Notes: generated by a model not told the origin, from the letters alone. DNA of 64,000 nucleotides from Flavobacteriales bacterium (GCA_964230025.1 CAXRFO010000013.1:38304-102303), one strand, 5' to 3'. Shown: positions 27,086-37,255, counted from the stretch's first letter. Made by a program: numbers and translations.

Positions 27086-28074
27086 GAATATTACTTCTAT
27101 ATATCGTCTTGTGCTTAAGCCTTTTCTCGAAAGGACAAGATCCACAATATTCTCAATTTTATGCCATACCTAGCTATATGAATCCTGGTTTTGCAGGAAC
27201 CTCTGTAGAACACAGGTTTGCCGGAAATTATAGACACCAATGGCCTGGCATACCTGGAGCCTTTGTCTCATATAACTTTGCTTACGACAATAATTTTGAA
27301 CAAGCTAAAAGCGGTTTTGGTGCATACGTAAGTCATGATCATGCCGGTTCTGGGGCGCTAAGTTTTACCAAACTGGCTGCTCAATATGTTTATGAGATAA
27401 AACTAGGACGGGATGTTTATATCCGACCTGGAATAGAGTACGGTGTTGTATGGAGGTATATCGATAAATCAAGGTTAACTTTTGGTGATGAATTGGTAAG
27501 AGGTGGTAGTTTTGGAACACTTGAATTTGTAGATGACCAAAGAATAAACTATTTTGATTTGGGAACTGGAGCTGTTCTATACAGCCGTAGATTCTGGGGT
27601 GGAATCTCCTTACATCATATCAATCAACCAAACCAAAGTCTTACAGGAGGCAGTAGTCCCCTGCCCATGAAATTTGGGATTCAAACTGGAATGCGCATCC
27701 CTATTAAGGACAGGTTTGGAATGAAAAATGACAATTATTTCATACCGGCCCTCCATTATAAGGCCCAAGATAAATTTGATCAGTTGGATATCGGTTTATA
27801 TTTTGAACGAAACCCCATGACTTTTGGAATTTGGTACAGAGGGATTCCTGTTCTAAAGGCTTATGAGACCGGCTACCCCAATGATGATGCTTTAATCTTT
27901 TTAGTTGGGCTTAGAGTCGATAAGTTTAAGTTTGGGTACACATATGACATTACCATTTCTCCATTAATCGACAATACTAACGGTAGTCATGAAATTTCCA
28001 TTGTATATGAATTTGCATCACTAGAAGAAACTTTATCGAGATCCAAGCGTAGAGTTGCCTGTCCAAAATTTTAG
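27082..28074 (+). CDS. type IX secretion system membrane protein, PorP/SprF family
   Basis: N-terminus QDPQYSQFYAIPSYMNPGFAG is the family hallmark. 330-aa beta-barrel-like composition. ATGA overlap with the preceding gene, and the expected partner of a type-B CTD cargo. Confidence 0.9.
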   Translation: MRILLLYIVLCLSLFSKGQDPQYSQFYAIPSYMNPGFAGTSVEHRFAGNYRHQWPGIPGAFVSYNFAYDNNFEQAKSGFGAYVSHDHAGSGALSFTKLAAQYVYEIKLGRDVYIRPGIEYGVVWRYIDKSRLTFGDELVRGGSFGTLEFVDDQRINYFDLGTGAVLYSRRFWGGISLHHINQPNQSLTGGSSPLPMKFGIQTGMRIPIKDRFGMKNDNYFIPALHYKAQDKFDQLDIGLYFERNPMTFGIWYRGIPVLKAYETGYPNDDALIFLVGLRVDKFKFGYTYDITISPLIDNTNGSHEISIVYEFASLEETLSRSKRRVACPKF

Positions 28075-28103
28075 GAGTTCTCATTTATTTCTATCTTTCG
28101 AAC

Positions 28104-28544
28104 ATGGGATTATTCGACTCACTTTTCGGGAAAAAAAAGGAATTCAAAGCAATTAAAGGTGTCCAGATGGGAGACGCCAAAGGACAGTTGCTAGCTCAGG
28201 ATGAAAATGGTCAACTATTTGGCTTTACTGAAGAAATAATGGATACAAAGTTCCTTAAACTAATGTTAGTGTCAAGTAAAAAATTTAGATCATATACAGG
28301 TGGTAATGTAATCTTTGAATCTGAAAACACTGCATATGATTTTGAAATTGATTTGTCCGAGATCCAATCTATTCCAGAAGACGGAGTTATGGTTACCGAG
28401 TTTGATTTGGAATGGACAGATAAAATGGATGAAATCAGTGAGAAAAAGATAGAAAAAGTCGATATCCAAATTGGAAAGGCTAAGCTTGTATTACAAGAAA
28501 TTGTTTCCTGGCCAATTCAGGAGTTAAGTGACGAAGAAGAGTAA
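28104..28544 (+). CDS. hypothetical protein
   Basis: 146-aa ORF in a coding-dense context with no recognisable motif. Confidence 0.4.
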   Translation: MGLFDSLFGKKKEFKAIKGVQMGDAKGQLLAQDENGQLFGFTEEIMDTKFLKLMLVSSKKFRSYTGGNVIFESENTAYDFEIDLSEIQSIPEDGVMVTEFDLEWTDKMDEISEKKIEKVDIQIGKAKLVLQEIVSWPIQELSDEEE

Positions 28545-28561
28545 GAGCTTATCTTTGATAC

Positions 28562-29443
28562 CTAGCTATTCTCACTCATTTCAACGATTAAACCGTCTGT
28601 AAGCCCTATTTTAGGAACTATCATCTCCTCTATTCCACACAAAGACATTACCCTTGAATAGATTCTGAGAGCTGGTTCTATTACATCCGCTCTATCAGGT
28701 TTCATATGAAACTTCTCTATTCTTTCTTCAAAGCTATGGGATGCTAATTCCTTATAAATTCCGTCCAATTCTTTTTTAGACACAGCTTGTAGGTATTTCT
28801 TACCCGCCATTTTGATCAAGCGATTAGCATTCCCGCCTGTACCTATGGCTTTTACATTATCCCATTCGCTAAGTTTTTTGGATAGCCATTTCTCTAATTT
28901 CTCCCATTCGCTGTCTTTGACCATGTCCTTTAAAATACGGATGGTTCCAATTTTAAAAGATTTACTTTTTATGCGCTGTCCTCCAGATATTATTGTAATC
29001 TCCGTAGATCCTCCCCCCACATCAACGAATAGATAGTTCTTTGTGTGATCAATATTCTGAGTGAGAAAAGTTTTAAAAATAATATCCGCCTCTTCATTTC
29101 CTGAGATTAACTCTAGGTCAATACCCGACTCTTGCTTGATTTTTTTTATCAAATCTGCCGAATTATCGGCCTCTCGCATAGCAGATGTTGCAACCGCGCG
29201 GTAGTCCTCTACTTGGTAGGCTTCCATTAAATTCTTGAATGCCTTCATCGTAAACAAGAACATACGTTCCTTATCACTAACAATTCGCCCGGATGTAAAA
29301 ACGCTTTCCCCGAGTCTTAAAGGAACACGAGTTAAGCTCATTTTTTTTATAAACTTTCGCTTGCCGTCATTTTGGACGTATCCGATCAGCATTCTTCCTG
29401 CGTTCGAGCCAATATCAATGGCAGCATAAGTCTTTAAGGTCAT
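28562..29443 (-). CDS. ppx: Ppx/GppA-family exopolyphosphatase (short, N-terminal domains only)
   Basis: AAIDIGSNAGRMLI (ASKHA phosphate-1 motif), FVDVGGGSTEI, GTGGNA. Lies downstream of ppk1 on the same strand. Confidence 0.85.
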   Translation of the reverse strand: MTLKTYAAIDIGSNAGRMLIGYVQNDGKRKFIKKMSLTRVPLRLGESVFTSGRIVSDKERMFLFTMKAFKNLMEAYQVEDYRAVATSAMREADNSADLIKKIKQESGIDLELISGNEEADIIFKTFLTQNIDHTKNYLFVDVGGGSTEITIISGGQRIKSKSFKIGTIRILKDMVKDSEWEKLEKWLSKKLSEWDNVKAIGTGGNANRLIKMAGKKYLQAVSKKELDGIYKELASHSFEERIEKFHMKPDRADVIEPALRIYSRVMSLCGIEEMIVPKIGLTDGLIVEMSENS

Positions 29444-29492
29444 ATCTCAAAGATAGCCTTATGAGTTTATAGCTTGTTAAACTGTTTAAAAA

Positions 29493-31562
29493 TTAGGCCT
29501 TTGTTAGCTTCTTAAAGTAGTCATAGGTCTCCATTTGAGAATGGTACACTTCACCCTCTTGTTTACGGTATTTGTTATTTAATGAGCGATTTAAAACCCT
29601 TGCTTTTACATTCCCATTAAACTGAATTTCAAGATGCTCTTTCAGCTGCTTTTGAATTTGCTCATCCATGACCGGACAAAGAACCTCTACCCTATGATCT
29701 ATATTTCGGGTCATCCAGTCAGCTGATCCAATCAATACAATTTCATCACCCGCATTATGAAATATCATTACGCGCGCATGTTCTAGAAAACGGTCAACAA
29801 TGCTATAAACTTCAATATTCTCGCTCAATCCTTTTACTCCAGGAATTAAAGAACATATCCCCCTTACAATCATTCTGATTTTCACTCCAGCCTGACTTGC
29901 TTCATATAATTTCTTAACGAGTCCTTCATCAACAAGATTATTCATTTTGAGCGTAATTTCAGCTTTAAGCCCTTTCTTGGCATTTCTGATTTCATTGGTC
30001 ATTAGCAACATCAACCTGCGCCGAGAATTAAAAGGACTAACCAATAATTTCCTGTAGGTAAATCGTTTATAGTTTGCCTCAAAAAATTCAAATACTTTTT
30101 CTACCTCTTGACATATATCTTCATTGGCCGTTAGATAAGAGTAATCTCCATAAACCTGAGCTGTTCCTTCATGAAAATTGCCGGTACCAATATGCGTATA
30201 AAGTTGTTTCTTATTTCGAACAACACGCTCAATAAGAATCAATTTAGAATGAACTTTAAGTCCTTGAACACCATGAATTACCTGACACCCTGCCTCACTG
30301 AGCCTTTCTGAAACTTTGATATTGTTCTTTTCATCAAAACGTGCTGTTAGCTCTACAATTACTGAGACTTGCTTTCCATTTGAAACGGCATTTATTAAGG
30401 CATTTATTACCCTTGAATTTTTTGCAACACGGTATAAATTAATTTTGATTTTACGCACATTGGGATCAATGGCTGCTTCTCTCAAAAGATCGATTAAATG
30501 CTGAAAACTTTGATAGGGATAGGATAAAAGTATGTCTCTTTTCTTTATTTCATTTAGTACTGAAATAGCCTTTTTTAACCTTGGGTGAGGCAAAGGAGGT
30601 AGTTTTTCATAGACCAACTTCTTCATTCCAAAATCTGGAAAGCTCATAAAATCCCTAAAATTATGATACCGCCCGGAGGATATGATGTTTTTGTTGGAGG
30701 GTATTTCAAGCCTTTTTAATATTGCATTTAAAAGTACTTTAGGCATATCCTTGTCATGAACAAATCGAACAGGATCACCATCTTTTCTATTCTTAATACT
30801 CTTTGACAGTTTTTCCATCCAGCTTTCCGAGATATCATCCTCAATATCTAACTCAGCATCTCTAATTACCTTAAAGGTGTAGGCAGAAATCTTATCAAAT
30901 TCAAATATTTTGAATATGGATTTAAGATTAAAGCGAATAAGATCATCTATTAGAATCAAATTCTTTTTCTTATCGCTTGTCGGAAGCACGACAAATCTTC
31001 CAATTTCTTTTACTGGAATTTCAATGATGAATTTTTGTGGTTTCTTTCCATTTTGCTCGCATAGAACAGCAAAATATATTGTATTGTCCTTTACTTCAGG
31101 TAGGTATTCCCTATTATCTATATTAATTGGCACAAGAGAACCACGTACCTTTTCTTCAAATTGCTCCGAAACGAATAGTTTCTGCTCCTTATTCAAATTC
31201 GTTTCATCCAGCATGTAAATATTCTCAGACTCGAGTTCTTTAACAAGCTTTTTGAATGTATTTTGAAAGGACCTATCCTGATACAACCCAATTTCTTTTA
31301 TTTGCTCCAAAAGTTCATCTGGATTGTATGGCAGTTTAGCTTTATCTTTTTTAGGTAATGCAGCCATTCGCTGAACGGTAGCTACCCTTACCTTATGAAA
31401 CTCATCCCGGTTATTAGAAAAAATACCTAGAAAACGGATTCTCTGTACTAGTGGTACAGATTTATCTTGAGCCTCTTGTAAAACCCTCTCATTAAAGGAT
31501 AACCATGAAATTTCTCTATTAATTTCCTTATACTTAGCCGCCTTTTTTATGCCCTTTCTCAT
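29493..31562 (-). CDS. ppk1: polyphosphate kinase 1
   Basis: 689 aa. NREISWLSFNERVLQEA N-terminus, FLGIFSNNRDEF, and two PLD-like HKD-type C-terminal domains (VHSKLILIER, FLEHARVMIF). Confidence 0.95.
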   Translation of the reverse strand: MRKGIKKAAKYKEINREISWLSFNERVLQEAQDKSVPLVQRIRFLGIFSNNRDEFHKVRVATVQRMAALPKKDKAKLPYNPDELLEQIKEIGLYQDRSFQNTFKKLVKELESENIYMLDETNLNKEQKLFVSEQFEEKVRGSLVPINIDNREYLPEVKDNTIYFAVLCEQNGKKPQKFIIEIPVKEIGRFVVLPTSDKKKNLILIDDLIRFNLKSIFKIFEFDKISAYTFKVIRDAELDIEDDISESWMEKLSKSIKNRKDGDPVRFVHDKDMPKVLLNAILKRLEIPSNKNIISSGRYHNFRDFMSFPDFGMKKLVYEKLPPLPHPRLKKAISVLNEIKKRDILLSYPYQSFQHLIDLLREAAIDPNVRKIKINLYRVAKNSRVINALINAVSNGKQVSVIVELTARFDEKNNIKVSERLSEAGCQVIHGVQGLKVHSKLILIERVVRNKKQLYTHIGTGNFHEGTAQVYGDYSYLTANEDICQEVEKVFEFFEANYKRFTYRKLLVSPFNSRRRLMLLMTNEIRNAKKGLKAEITLKMNNLVDEGLVKKLYEASQAGVKIRMIVRGICSLIPGVKGLSENIEVYSIVDRFLEHARVMIFHNAGDEIVLIGSADWMTRNIDHRVEVLCPVMDEQIQKQLKEHLEIQFNGNVKARVLNRSLNNKYRKQEGEVYHSQMETYDYFKKLTKA

Positions 31563-31633
31563 CTGCCCCTAATTTACATTATTATCAAGAGTTTAATTTC
31601 ACCTTTACTTAAAATTATAGTTAAATTTGGTTG

Positions 31634-32092
31634 ATGCGCCTCTTAGCTCTTTTATTACTTGTCCCTTTATGGGGGATTTCTCAATATCATACAGAAAAGA
31701 AAATTGAGGTCGACACATTTCAAAACGGCGTTATCAAACATTATCGATTTACCATTACCAAAACTTCTAAAAAATTTTCGCCAGATGATTATTACTACAA
31801 AAGGACGACTATTGAAACCTTTTATGACAGCACGGGTGCAAAGATATTTTGGAGTAAGATTATCGAGAAAAACTCGAATTATGGAAGGCCCTGCAATGAG
31901 ATTTTAAACGAAAGTAAAACCTTTGCGCAAGGAACTAAAATAAACCATTACAAGTTTGTTTGTGATTGTAGGAAACAATATGAGTGGTTATATAATCTTG
32001 ATGGTAGATTAGTTTATAGAAGTCATACCAAATACAGAACCTTACACACTGGAAGCATTCTAAAAGAAAAGAAAAAAAAGGATTCCGACTAG
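31634..32092 (+). CDS. hypothetical secreted protein
   Basis: ORF track 31631..32092. ATG 31634 gives signal peptide MRLLALLLLVPLWGISQ. Confidence 0.45.
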   Translation: MRLLALLLLVPLWGISQYHTEKKIEVDTFQNGVIKHYRFTITKTSKKFSPDDYYYKRTTIETFYDSTGAKIFWSKIIEKNSNYGRPCNEILNESKTFAQGTKINHYKFVCDCRKQYEWLYNLDGRLVYRSHTKYRTLHTGSILKEKKKKDSD

Positions 32093-32631
32093 GCAGCTAC
32101 CTTTACTTTTTCCATCCATGTTTCCCAGTCCCAAATAAAATTTTTCATTGCCTCATCCATTCGTTTAAGGAAAAGCGGGTTAGGAGTCTTAAGATCTTTA
32201 AAGTAGTCGTCTTGGAAGTTAGTGAGGTTGTACTTGAAAAACACAGCCTTACTCATTGCATAAAGCACATTTTTAGATGGGTGATTTACTCTTGACATGA
32301 ACAAGTCATAATCTTTGATATACTGATATAGTGTCTCTTCTTCCATTCCAAAAGCCCTAGCAGCTTTTTCAATGATTAAGAATTTAATCCTGTTACCTTG
32401 CTCGGCATCAAAATATTTAGGAAGAAATTTAAGGTTTGAAGTAAGCACAATCATCAAAAACTTATCGCAATTGTCCTCTGACAAATTGGGACAAGAAACA
32501 AAGCTTGGGTCGTTGTTGATCACTGGAGCAAGCTCTTTCCAGCCGTTTTCACTAACATCAATAATAGCATTAACAAAAACATTTGCTAGTGTATCTTCGC
32601 TTAACTTCTTTTTTGTGAATAATGAAAACAT
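32089..32631 (-). CDS. hypothetical protein
   Basis: 180-aa ORF. Its stop overlaps the convergent gene's stop in a CTAG palindrome. Confidence 0.4.
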   Translation of the reverse strand: MFSLFTKKKLSEDTLANVFVNAIIDVSENGWKELAPVINNDPSFVSCPNLSEDNCDKFLMIVLTSNLKFLPKYFDAEQGNRIKFLIIEKAARAFGMEEETLYQYIKDYDLFMSRVNHPSKNVLYAMSKAVFFKYNLTNFQDDYFKDLKTPNPLFLKRMDEAMKNFIWDWETWMEKVKVAA

Positions 32632-32734
32632 ATCTACTTATTTCTCGGTTTAAACAAAAATAAGTGCTCATGCAGGCGGTTTTATTAACCATGTTAAGGC
32701 TTTGTTAACAAAGTTATTCACGAAGAGCTAAAAA

Positions 32735-33907
32735 CTATACTAACTTCCTGCGCTTGAGTTCTTTCTTAATAAGCGATAGTTCTCTACCTGTTTGACCTTT
32801 AACACTGGTGTTTTCTTGAGCTCTTCGCAGCAAGTAAGGCATTACTTCACGAACAGGGCCGTAAGGAACGTACTTAGCAACGTTATAACCCAAGTGTGTT
32901 AAATTGTATGAAATATGATCACTCATCCCTAGGAGTTGAGCAAAATACAGGTGTTCATGGTCGTAAGGAATTTTAAGATCTAGTATTTTATCTGCCAATA
33001 ATTTTGAGCTCTTTTCATTATGTGTTCCAGCACAAATCGCAATTTCATCAATATGCTCTAAACAATACAGTAAAGCAAGGTCATAATCCTTATCCGTCGA
33101 TTCCTTATTAGGCTGTATAGGAGAATCATACGAGAGCTCTTTTGCTCGTGCTCGCTCCTTCTCCATGTATGCACCTCTTACTAATTTAAAGCCACTTTTT
33201 ACACCTGCTGAATTCATTCGCTGATGACAATCTTTGAGATAGCTTAATCTGTCATGTCGATATAATTGCACTGTGTTGTATACATATACTTTTTCAGAAT
33301 TGAATAGGCTCATCATTTCCTCCGCAACTCTGTCAATGGTATCCTGAATCCAACTTTCTTCAGCATCAATAAAAACAGGTGTGTCACATTCTTTGGCAGT
33401 AGCACATATTTCTTGCACACGATCTACGAAACGATCAAATTCTGCTTTTTCCGAGTCATTCAGTTCCTTTAAGGATACATTCGCCTTTTCAAGTAGATCA
33501 AATCGACAAATTCCGGTGCATTTAAACACAGCAAACGGAATATTTAAATTTCCTTTTCCTTCTCTTATACTTCTAATTAACTCATCCTTTGTAGCATCCA
33601 AATCACCGGCACTATTTTTTCCTTCAACGGAATAATCCAGAATGGTACCTACCTTATATGCTGCTAATTCATCAATGGTTTTTCTACAGTCTTGAATATC
33701 TTCTCCACCGCAGAACTGCTTAAAAATCGTTCTCTTAATTAACTTAACCGGGAGTAAACGCAATTTTAAGGCTATGTTAGTTGCCCATTTGCCAACTTTA
33801 ACAAGCCAATTTCTACCAACCATTTTAAAAAGCCGGTGAGCTCGTCTTAAATCCTTGTTTGATTTAGACTTAAAAGCAATTTCTGTATTGTTAAAATCTA
33901 CTTTCAA
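32735..33907 (-). CDS. proline dehydrogenase (monofunctional PRODH)
   Basis: 390 aa. Contains FKQFCGGE, DYSVEGK, VFIDAEESWIQD, YNTVQLYRHD, KLVRGAYMEKER and LLGMSDHISYNL, typical of bacterial proline dehydrogenases. Confidence 0.85.
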   Translation of the reverse strand: MKVDFNNTEIAFKSKSNKDLRRAHRLFKMVGRNWLVKVGKWATNIALKLRLLPVKLIKRTIFKQFCGGEDIQDCRKTIDELAAYKVGTILDYSVEGKNSAGDLDATKDELIRSIREGKGNLNIPFAVFKCTGICRFDLLEKANVSLKELNDSEKAEFDRFVDRVQEICATAKECDTPVFIDAEESWIQDTIDRVAEEMMSLFNSEKVYVYNTVQLYRHDRLSYLKDCHQRMNSAGVKSGFKLVRGAYMEKERARAKELSYDSPIQPNKESTDKDYDLALLYCLEHIDEIAICAGTHNEKSSKLLADKILDLKIPYDHEHLYFAQLLGMSDHISYNLTHLGYNVAKYVPYGPVREVMPYLLRRAQENTSVKGQTGRELSLIKKELKRRKLV

Positions 33908-33988
33908 AGTTTTGGCAAATATAAGTGTTCAGTCAATATATTTTAAAGGCAGACAATTATTTAATCAAACATCATAAATAGTCTATAT

Positions 33989-35818
33989 TTGTGGTACATG
34001 ATGACAAGGTATTTCTTTTTATTAAGCTTTCTTACTTTAAGCATTATAGCCTGTGCTCAGGGCCACTTAAAATTCTCAGGCACCATATTAGGATACCATT
34101 ATGATCCGGATATAAAGATTCTTCAAAAGAAAAAATCAATTGAAATAGAAGGAAGTCTCGCAAACGTCCAGATGAATGTGGTAGTTAATGGAGAAATTGA
34201 AAACACAACATTCACCAATAACGGAGGTCAGTTTGAGCTGAAATTAAAAAAAGGAACAAAAAGCTATATACGTTATTTTAAAGAGGGTTATGGTAGTTCT
34301 TCAATTGTTGTTGACTTAAATAACGTCAATGATAAAAACTCGAGCAAAATTCTTTATTTAGAAAATATTGAACTTATTTTAAATGGGGTTAAAAACGAAC
34401 GCCCTATTGATAATGGTAAGCCCTTTGGAAGAATATATTTTGATACCAACCTTGAAGTCTTTAAGTTCCAATCATATGATATAAAAGAAAAATCAAGTGT
34501 ACTTCAAAGAAAAGACAAAGATCGTTCGGCATACGACCTAATAATAAGTTCTATTAAGAAAAATGAACTTAATAATTTAAGTGGCAATGGCTCAAAGCAA
34601 TCGAGCATAAACCAAGGCACGAACACAACAAATAACTCTGACAATCTCGAAGAATTTGGAGACTATAAAGATTCGATAGTTTCGATTTTTGAAGAGGAGT
34701 TTACACCGATTAATCTGTCGGGATTATTTAAAAAAGGCTTCAAAGCTGAGGATGTTGGTAAATGGAGAGATCGAATAGATCAAGCGTGGAAAGAACTAGA
34801 AGTAAGAAAGCGAAATGCTAAGACAGCTGAGGATTCCTTATTAATTTCCATGCAACAAAGTCTTTTGGAAAATGCAGAAGCACAGTTAAAGTCTAATGAG
34901 GATAAGATTAAACTTCAAGAAGAAAAGTTAAGTGCACAAAAAACACAGAACAGATACCTTATTTTCCTCCTCATAGCCGGTTTATTGATTGGTGCCTTAA
35001 TTGTTGTAGGTTGGTACAAAAACAAAAAACTGAACGAACAGCTATCCAGTAAAAATCAAAAGATTTCAGAAAGTATAAGTTATGCCGAACATATTCAAGG
35101 ATCCATTCTTTGGCCAATGGATAAGGTTAAGGCAATAGTTCCTGAATCTTTTATCTTATGGCAACCTCTAGATCGTGTGGGGGGTGATTTTTATTGGTTC
35201 TCAAATAAAGATGATATAGTATATTTTTCGGCAGTAGATTGCACGGGGCATGGTGTTCCAGGTGGCTTTATGAGCATGATATCGAATACCTTATTAAACG
35301 AAATCGTAAATGAGCGTGAATTATCTGAAACAGATGAAATTCTTAACGAACTAAACATAAAAATTAAAAAAGCTCTGCAACAAGAAGCGGAAGACTCTTT
35401 ATCACAAGAGGGAATGGATTTAGCCTTTTGTAAATGGGATAAAAAGAATCAGAAACTTCAGTTCTCTGGCGCAATGAATCCTCTCTATTTGGTTAGGGAC
35501 GCTGAATTAGTAGAATACAAAGCTGATTTGAAAGGAATAGGTGGAATTAGCAGAAGAAGAAAGGAGAAACCATTTAAAAAACAGGAGTTGGAGCTAAAGA
35601 CAGGAGATTGCCTGTACCTGTTTTCTGATGGTTACATGGATCAATTTGGTGGTTCCGAAAAAGAAAAATTTAACTCTGACCGCTTCAAAAAGCTTCTTTG
35701 TGATATACACGGATTATCCATGGAACAACAAAAAAATAAGCTTGTTAGTGAATTAAAAAGTTGGATGGGTAGTGAAGAACAAATTGATGATATCTTGGTG
35801 ATGGGAATAAAAGTTTAA
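33989..35818 (+). CDS. membrane-anchored PP2C/SpoIIE-family serine/threonine phosphatase (SiaA-like)
   Basis: Exported N-terminal domain, coiled coil, TM YLIFLLIAGLLIGALIVVGWY. C-terminal SpoIIE domain (GGDFYWF, AVDCTGHGVPG, LFSDGYMDQFGG, DDILVMGIKV). The start among the GTG/ATG codons at 33989-34001 is uncertain. Confidence 0.8.
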   Translation: MWYMMTRYFFLLSFLTLSIIACAQGHLKFSGTILGYHYDPDIKILQKKKSIEIEGSLANVQMNVVVNGEIENTTFTNNGGQFELKLKKGTKSYIRYFKEGYGSSSIVVDLNNVNDKNSSKILYLENIELILNGVKNERPIDNGKPFGRIYFDTNLEVFKFQSYDIKEKSSVLQRKDKDRSAYDLIISSIKKNELNNLSGNGSKQSSINQGTNTTNNSDNLEEFGDYKDSIVSIFEEEFTPINLSGLFKKGFKAEDVGKWRDRIDQAWKELEVRKRNAKTAEDSLLISMQQSLLENAEAQLKSNEDKIKLQEEKLSAQKTQNRYLIFLLIAGLLIGALIVVGWYKNKKLNEQLSSKNQKISESISYAEHIQGSILWPMDKVKAIVPESFILWQPLDRVGGDFYWFSNKDDIVYFSAVDCTGHGVPGGFMSMISNTLLNEIVNERELSETDEILNELNIKIKKALQQEAEDSLSQEGMDLAFCKWDKKNQKLQFSGAMNPLYLVRDAELVEYKADLKGIGGISRRRKEKPFKKQELELKTGDCLYLFSDGYMDQFGGSEKEKFNSDRFKKLLCDIHGLSMEQQKNKLVSELKSWMGSEEQIDDILVMGIKV

Positions 35819-36192
35819 ACTTCTACCAATTCAACTGGAATCTCAATCATTTCCTTTATATCCTCACCTTTATCTTTCATAAGACTATCGGTAGACTTAA
35901 ACTTCCATATAAGTTCAACCCCACCATTATCTTCATGAATCTCTTCTAGTATAAACAATAGATTAAATAGCTGTTTTAGTGATCCAGAATTAATGTAACT
36001 AAGGTTCATCTCGACTTTTGTTTTACCTGAAGGCTTATCCAGGTAATTCTCCATTTCATTAATTAAATCCTCATAGAACTTTAAAGGGTTTTCTGGCATA
36101 GAAACCCCTGAAATACTAATGATAGTTTCATCAGCCGTCACTGAAACTTCCATTCTTGGTGTGTCTTTTGTTCCCTCTATCTTATAACTCAT
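35815..36192 (-). CDS. DUF1987 / SiaC-like regulatory phosphoprotein
   Basis: 125 aa. TPRMEVSV..ISISGVSMPENPLKFYEDL matches the (G)(E/V)S.PEN signature of DUF1987. Overlaps the upstream kinase-like gene by 11 nt. Confidence 0.7.
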   Translation of the reverse strand: MSYKIEGTKDTPRMEVSVTADETIISISGVSMPENPLKFYEDLINEMENYLDKPSGKTKVEMNLSYINSGSLKQLFNLLFILEEIHEDNGGVELIWKFKSTDSLMKDKGEDIKEMIEIPVELVEV

Positions 36193-37249
36193 CTGCGAAT
36201 ACCTTTATACTGTAAAACATGTCTCCATCCTCCATTTCATTGAAAGAGTAGTCCACTTTACCATTTGCATGTCTGAAGACTTCTATTAAACCGATACCAG
36301 CTCCTCCGTCTTCCTTTTTCTCATCACTCATCAACTTTGCTCTATATAAGCCTTTTAATTGTTTTGCGTCCAAACCTTTTAATTGATCTAACTGCGCTTT
36401 AAGTGACTCTTTTCTTTCTTTATCAATAATATTTCCAGCCTCAATGGATATTCCTCCTTCTGTCTCTTGCATTAAGAATATTCCTTGTGGGTTTGCTTTG
36501 TCCTTGGCGTGACGTTGCAAGTTTTGCATTAATTCAATCGTAAGATAAGGAATATGACCGTCCGAATTCTCTTTGTTATTCTTGATCATCTCAAAAATTG
36601 GCATAATCTCAGATTGAGAAAATCCGCCTTTTCGAAACAATAAGATATTATTTTCGAAACAGTAGTCTCTTATTTCTTTTGTCTCTTGAATGTTGTGTTT
36701 AGTTGAATCAGAAAGCACTGCTTCCATTTCAATCTGAATGCAGAATTCATTTGCTCCACTCTTTCCGATACTGATATCCCATAGCGGTGAGCGACCAGTT
36801 TTTTTTGCAATGTCAATTAGACCAAGTCCTCCTCCACCTCTTTCAGTGGCAGAGCCTTCAGATAAAGTATGCGTATATAGCGCCTTAATCTCATCTATTG
36901 ACTTGTTGTGCAGGTTGTTAAGAATATCGGTGAGAATTTCTTTATCCTTCTCAATAACCGGATTAGATGAAGCTATTAACTGATGATCTCGCTTGGTGCG
37001 TAGCTGAAAAAAGTTGAACTTATCCTTTACATCTTCAACCTCATTCCCATGCCTAACAACATTTTGGAAGCATTCTACCAAAAGATAACTTGACCTTCTT
37101 ACATAAGATTTTTTTAACTCTTGATCTGCTTGTTGCTCCTCTTTTAAATCAATTAAAAGATTAGTTATTGAGTCCGAAAAGCGACCAGCATATGTAAACA
37201 CATGATCGTCGCTCTCATAGCGCTTATAAATTTCCCAAAGCGAATTCAT
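36182..37249 (-). CDS. tandem-duplicated SiaB-like (RsbW/SpoIIAB-type GHKL) protein kinase
   Basis: The two halves align. YLLVECFQNVVRHG ... GGGGLGLIDIAKKTG matches YLTIELMQNLQRHA ... GGAGIGLIEVFRHAN. Confidence 0.65.
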   Translation of the reverse strand: MNSLWEIYKRYESDDHVFTYAGRFSDSITNLLIDLKEEQQADQELKKSYVRRSSYLLVECFQNVVRHGNEVEDVKDKFNFFQLRTKRDHQLIASSNPVIEKDKEILTDILNNLHNKSIDEIKALYTHTLSEGSATERGGGGLGLIDIAKKTGRSPLWDISIGKSGANEFCIQIEMEAVLSDSTKHNIQETKEIRDYCFENNILLFRKGGFSQSEIMPIFEMIKNNKENSDGHIPYLTIELMQNLQRHAKDKANPQGIFLMQETEGGISIEAGNIIDKERKESLKAQLDQLKGLDAKQLKGLYRAKLMSDEKKEDGGAGIGLIEVFRHANGKVDYSFNEMEDGDMFYSIKVFADEL

Positions 37250-37255
37250 CTATTC

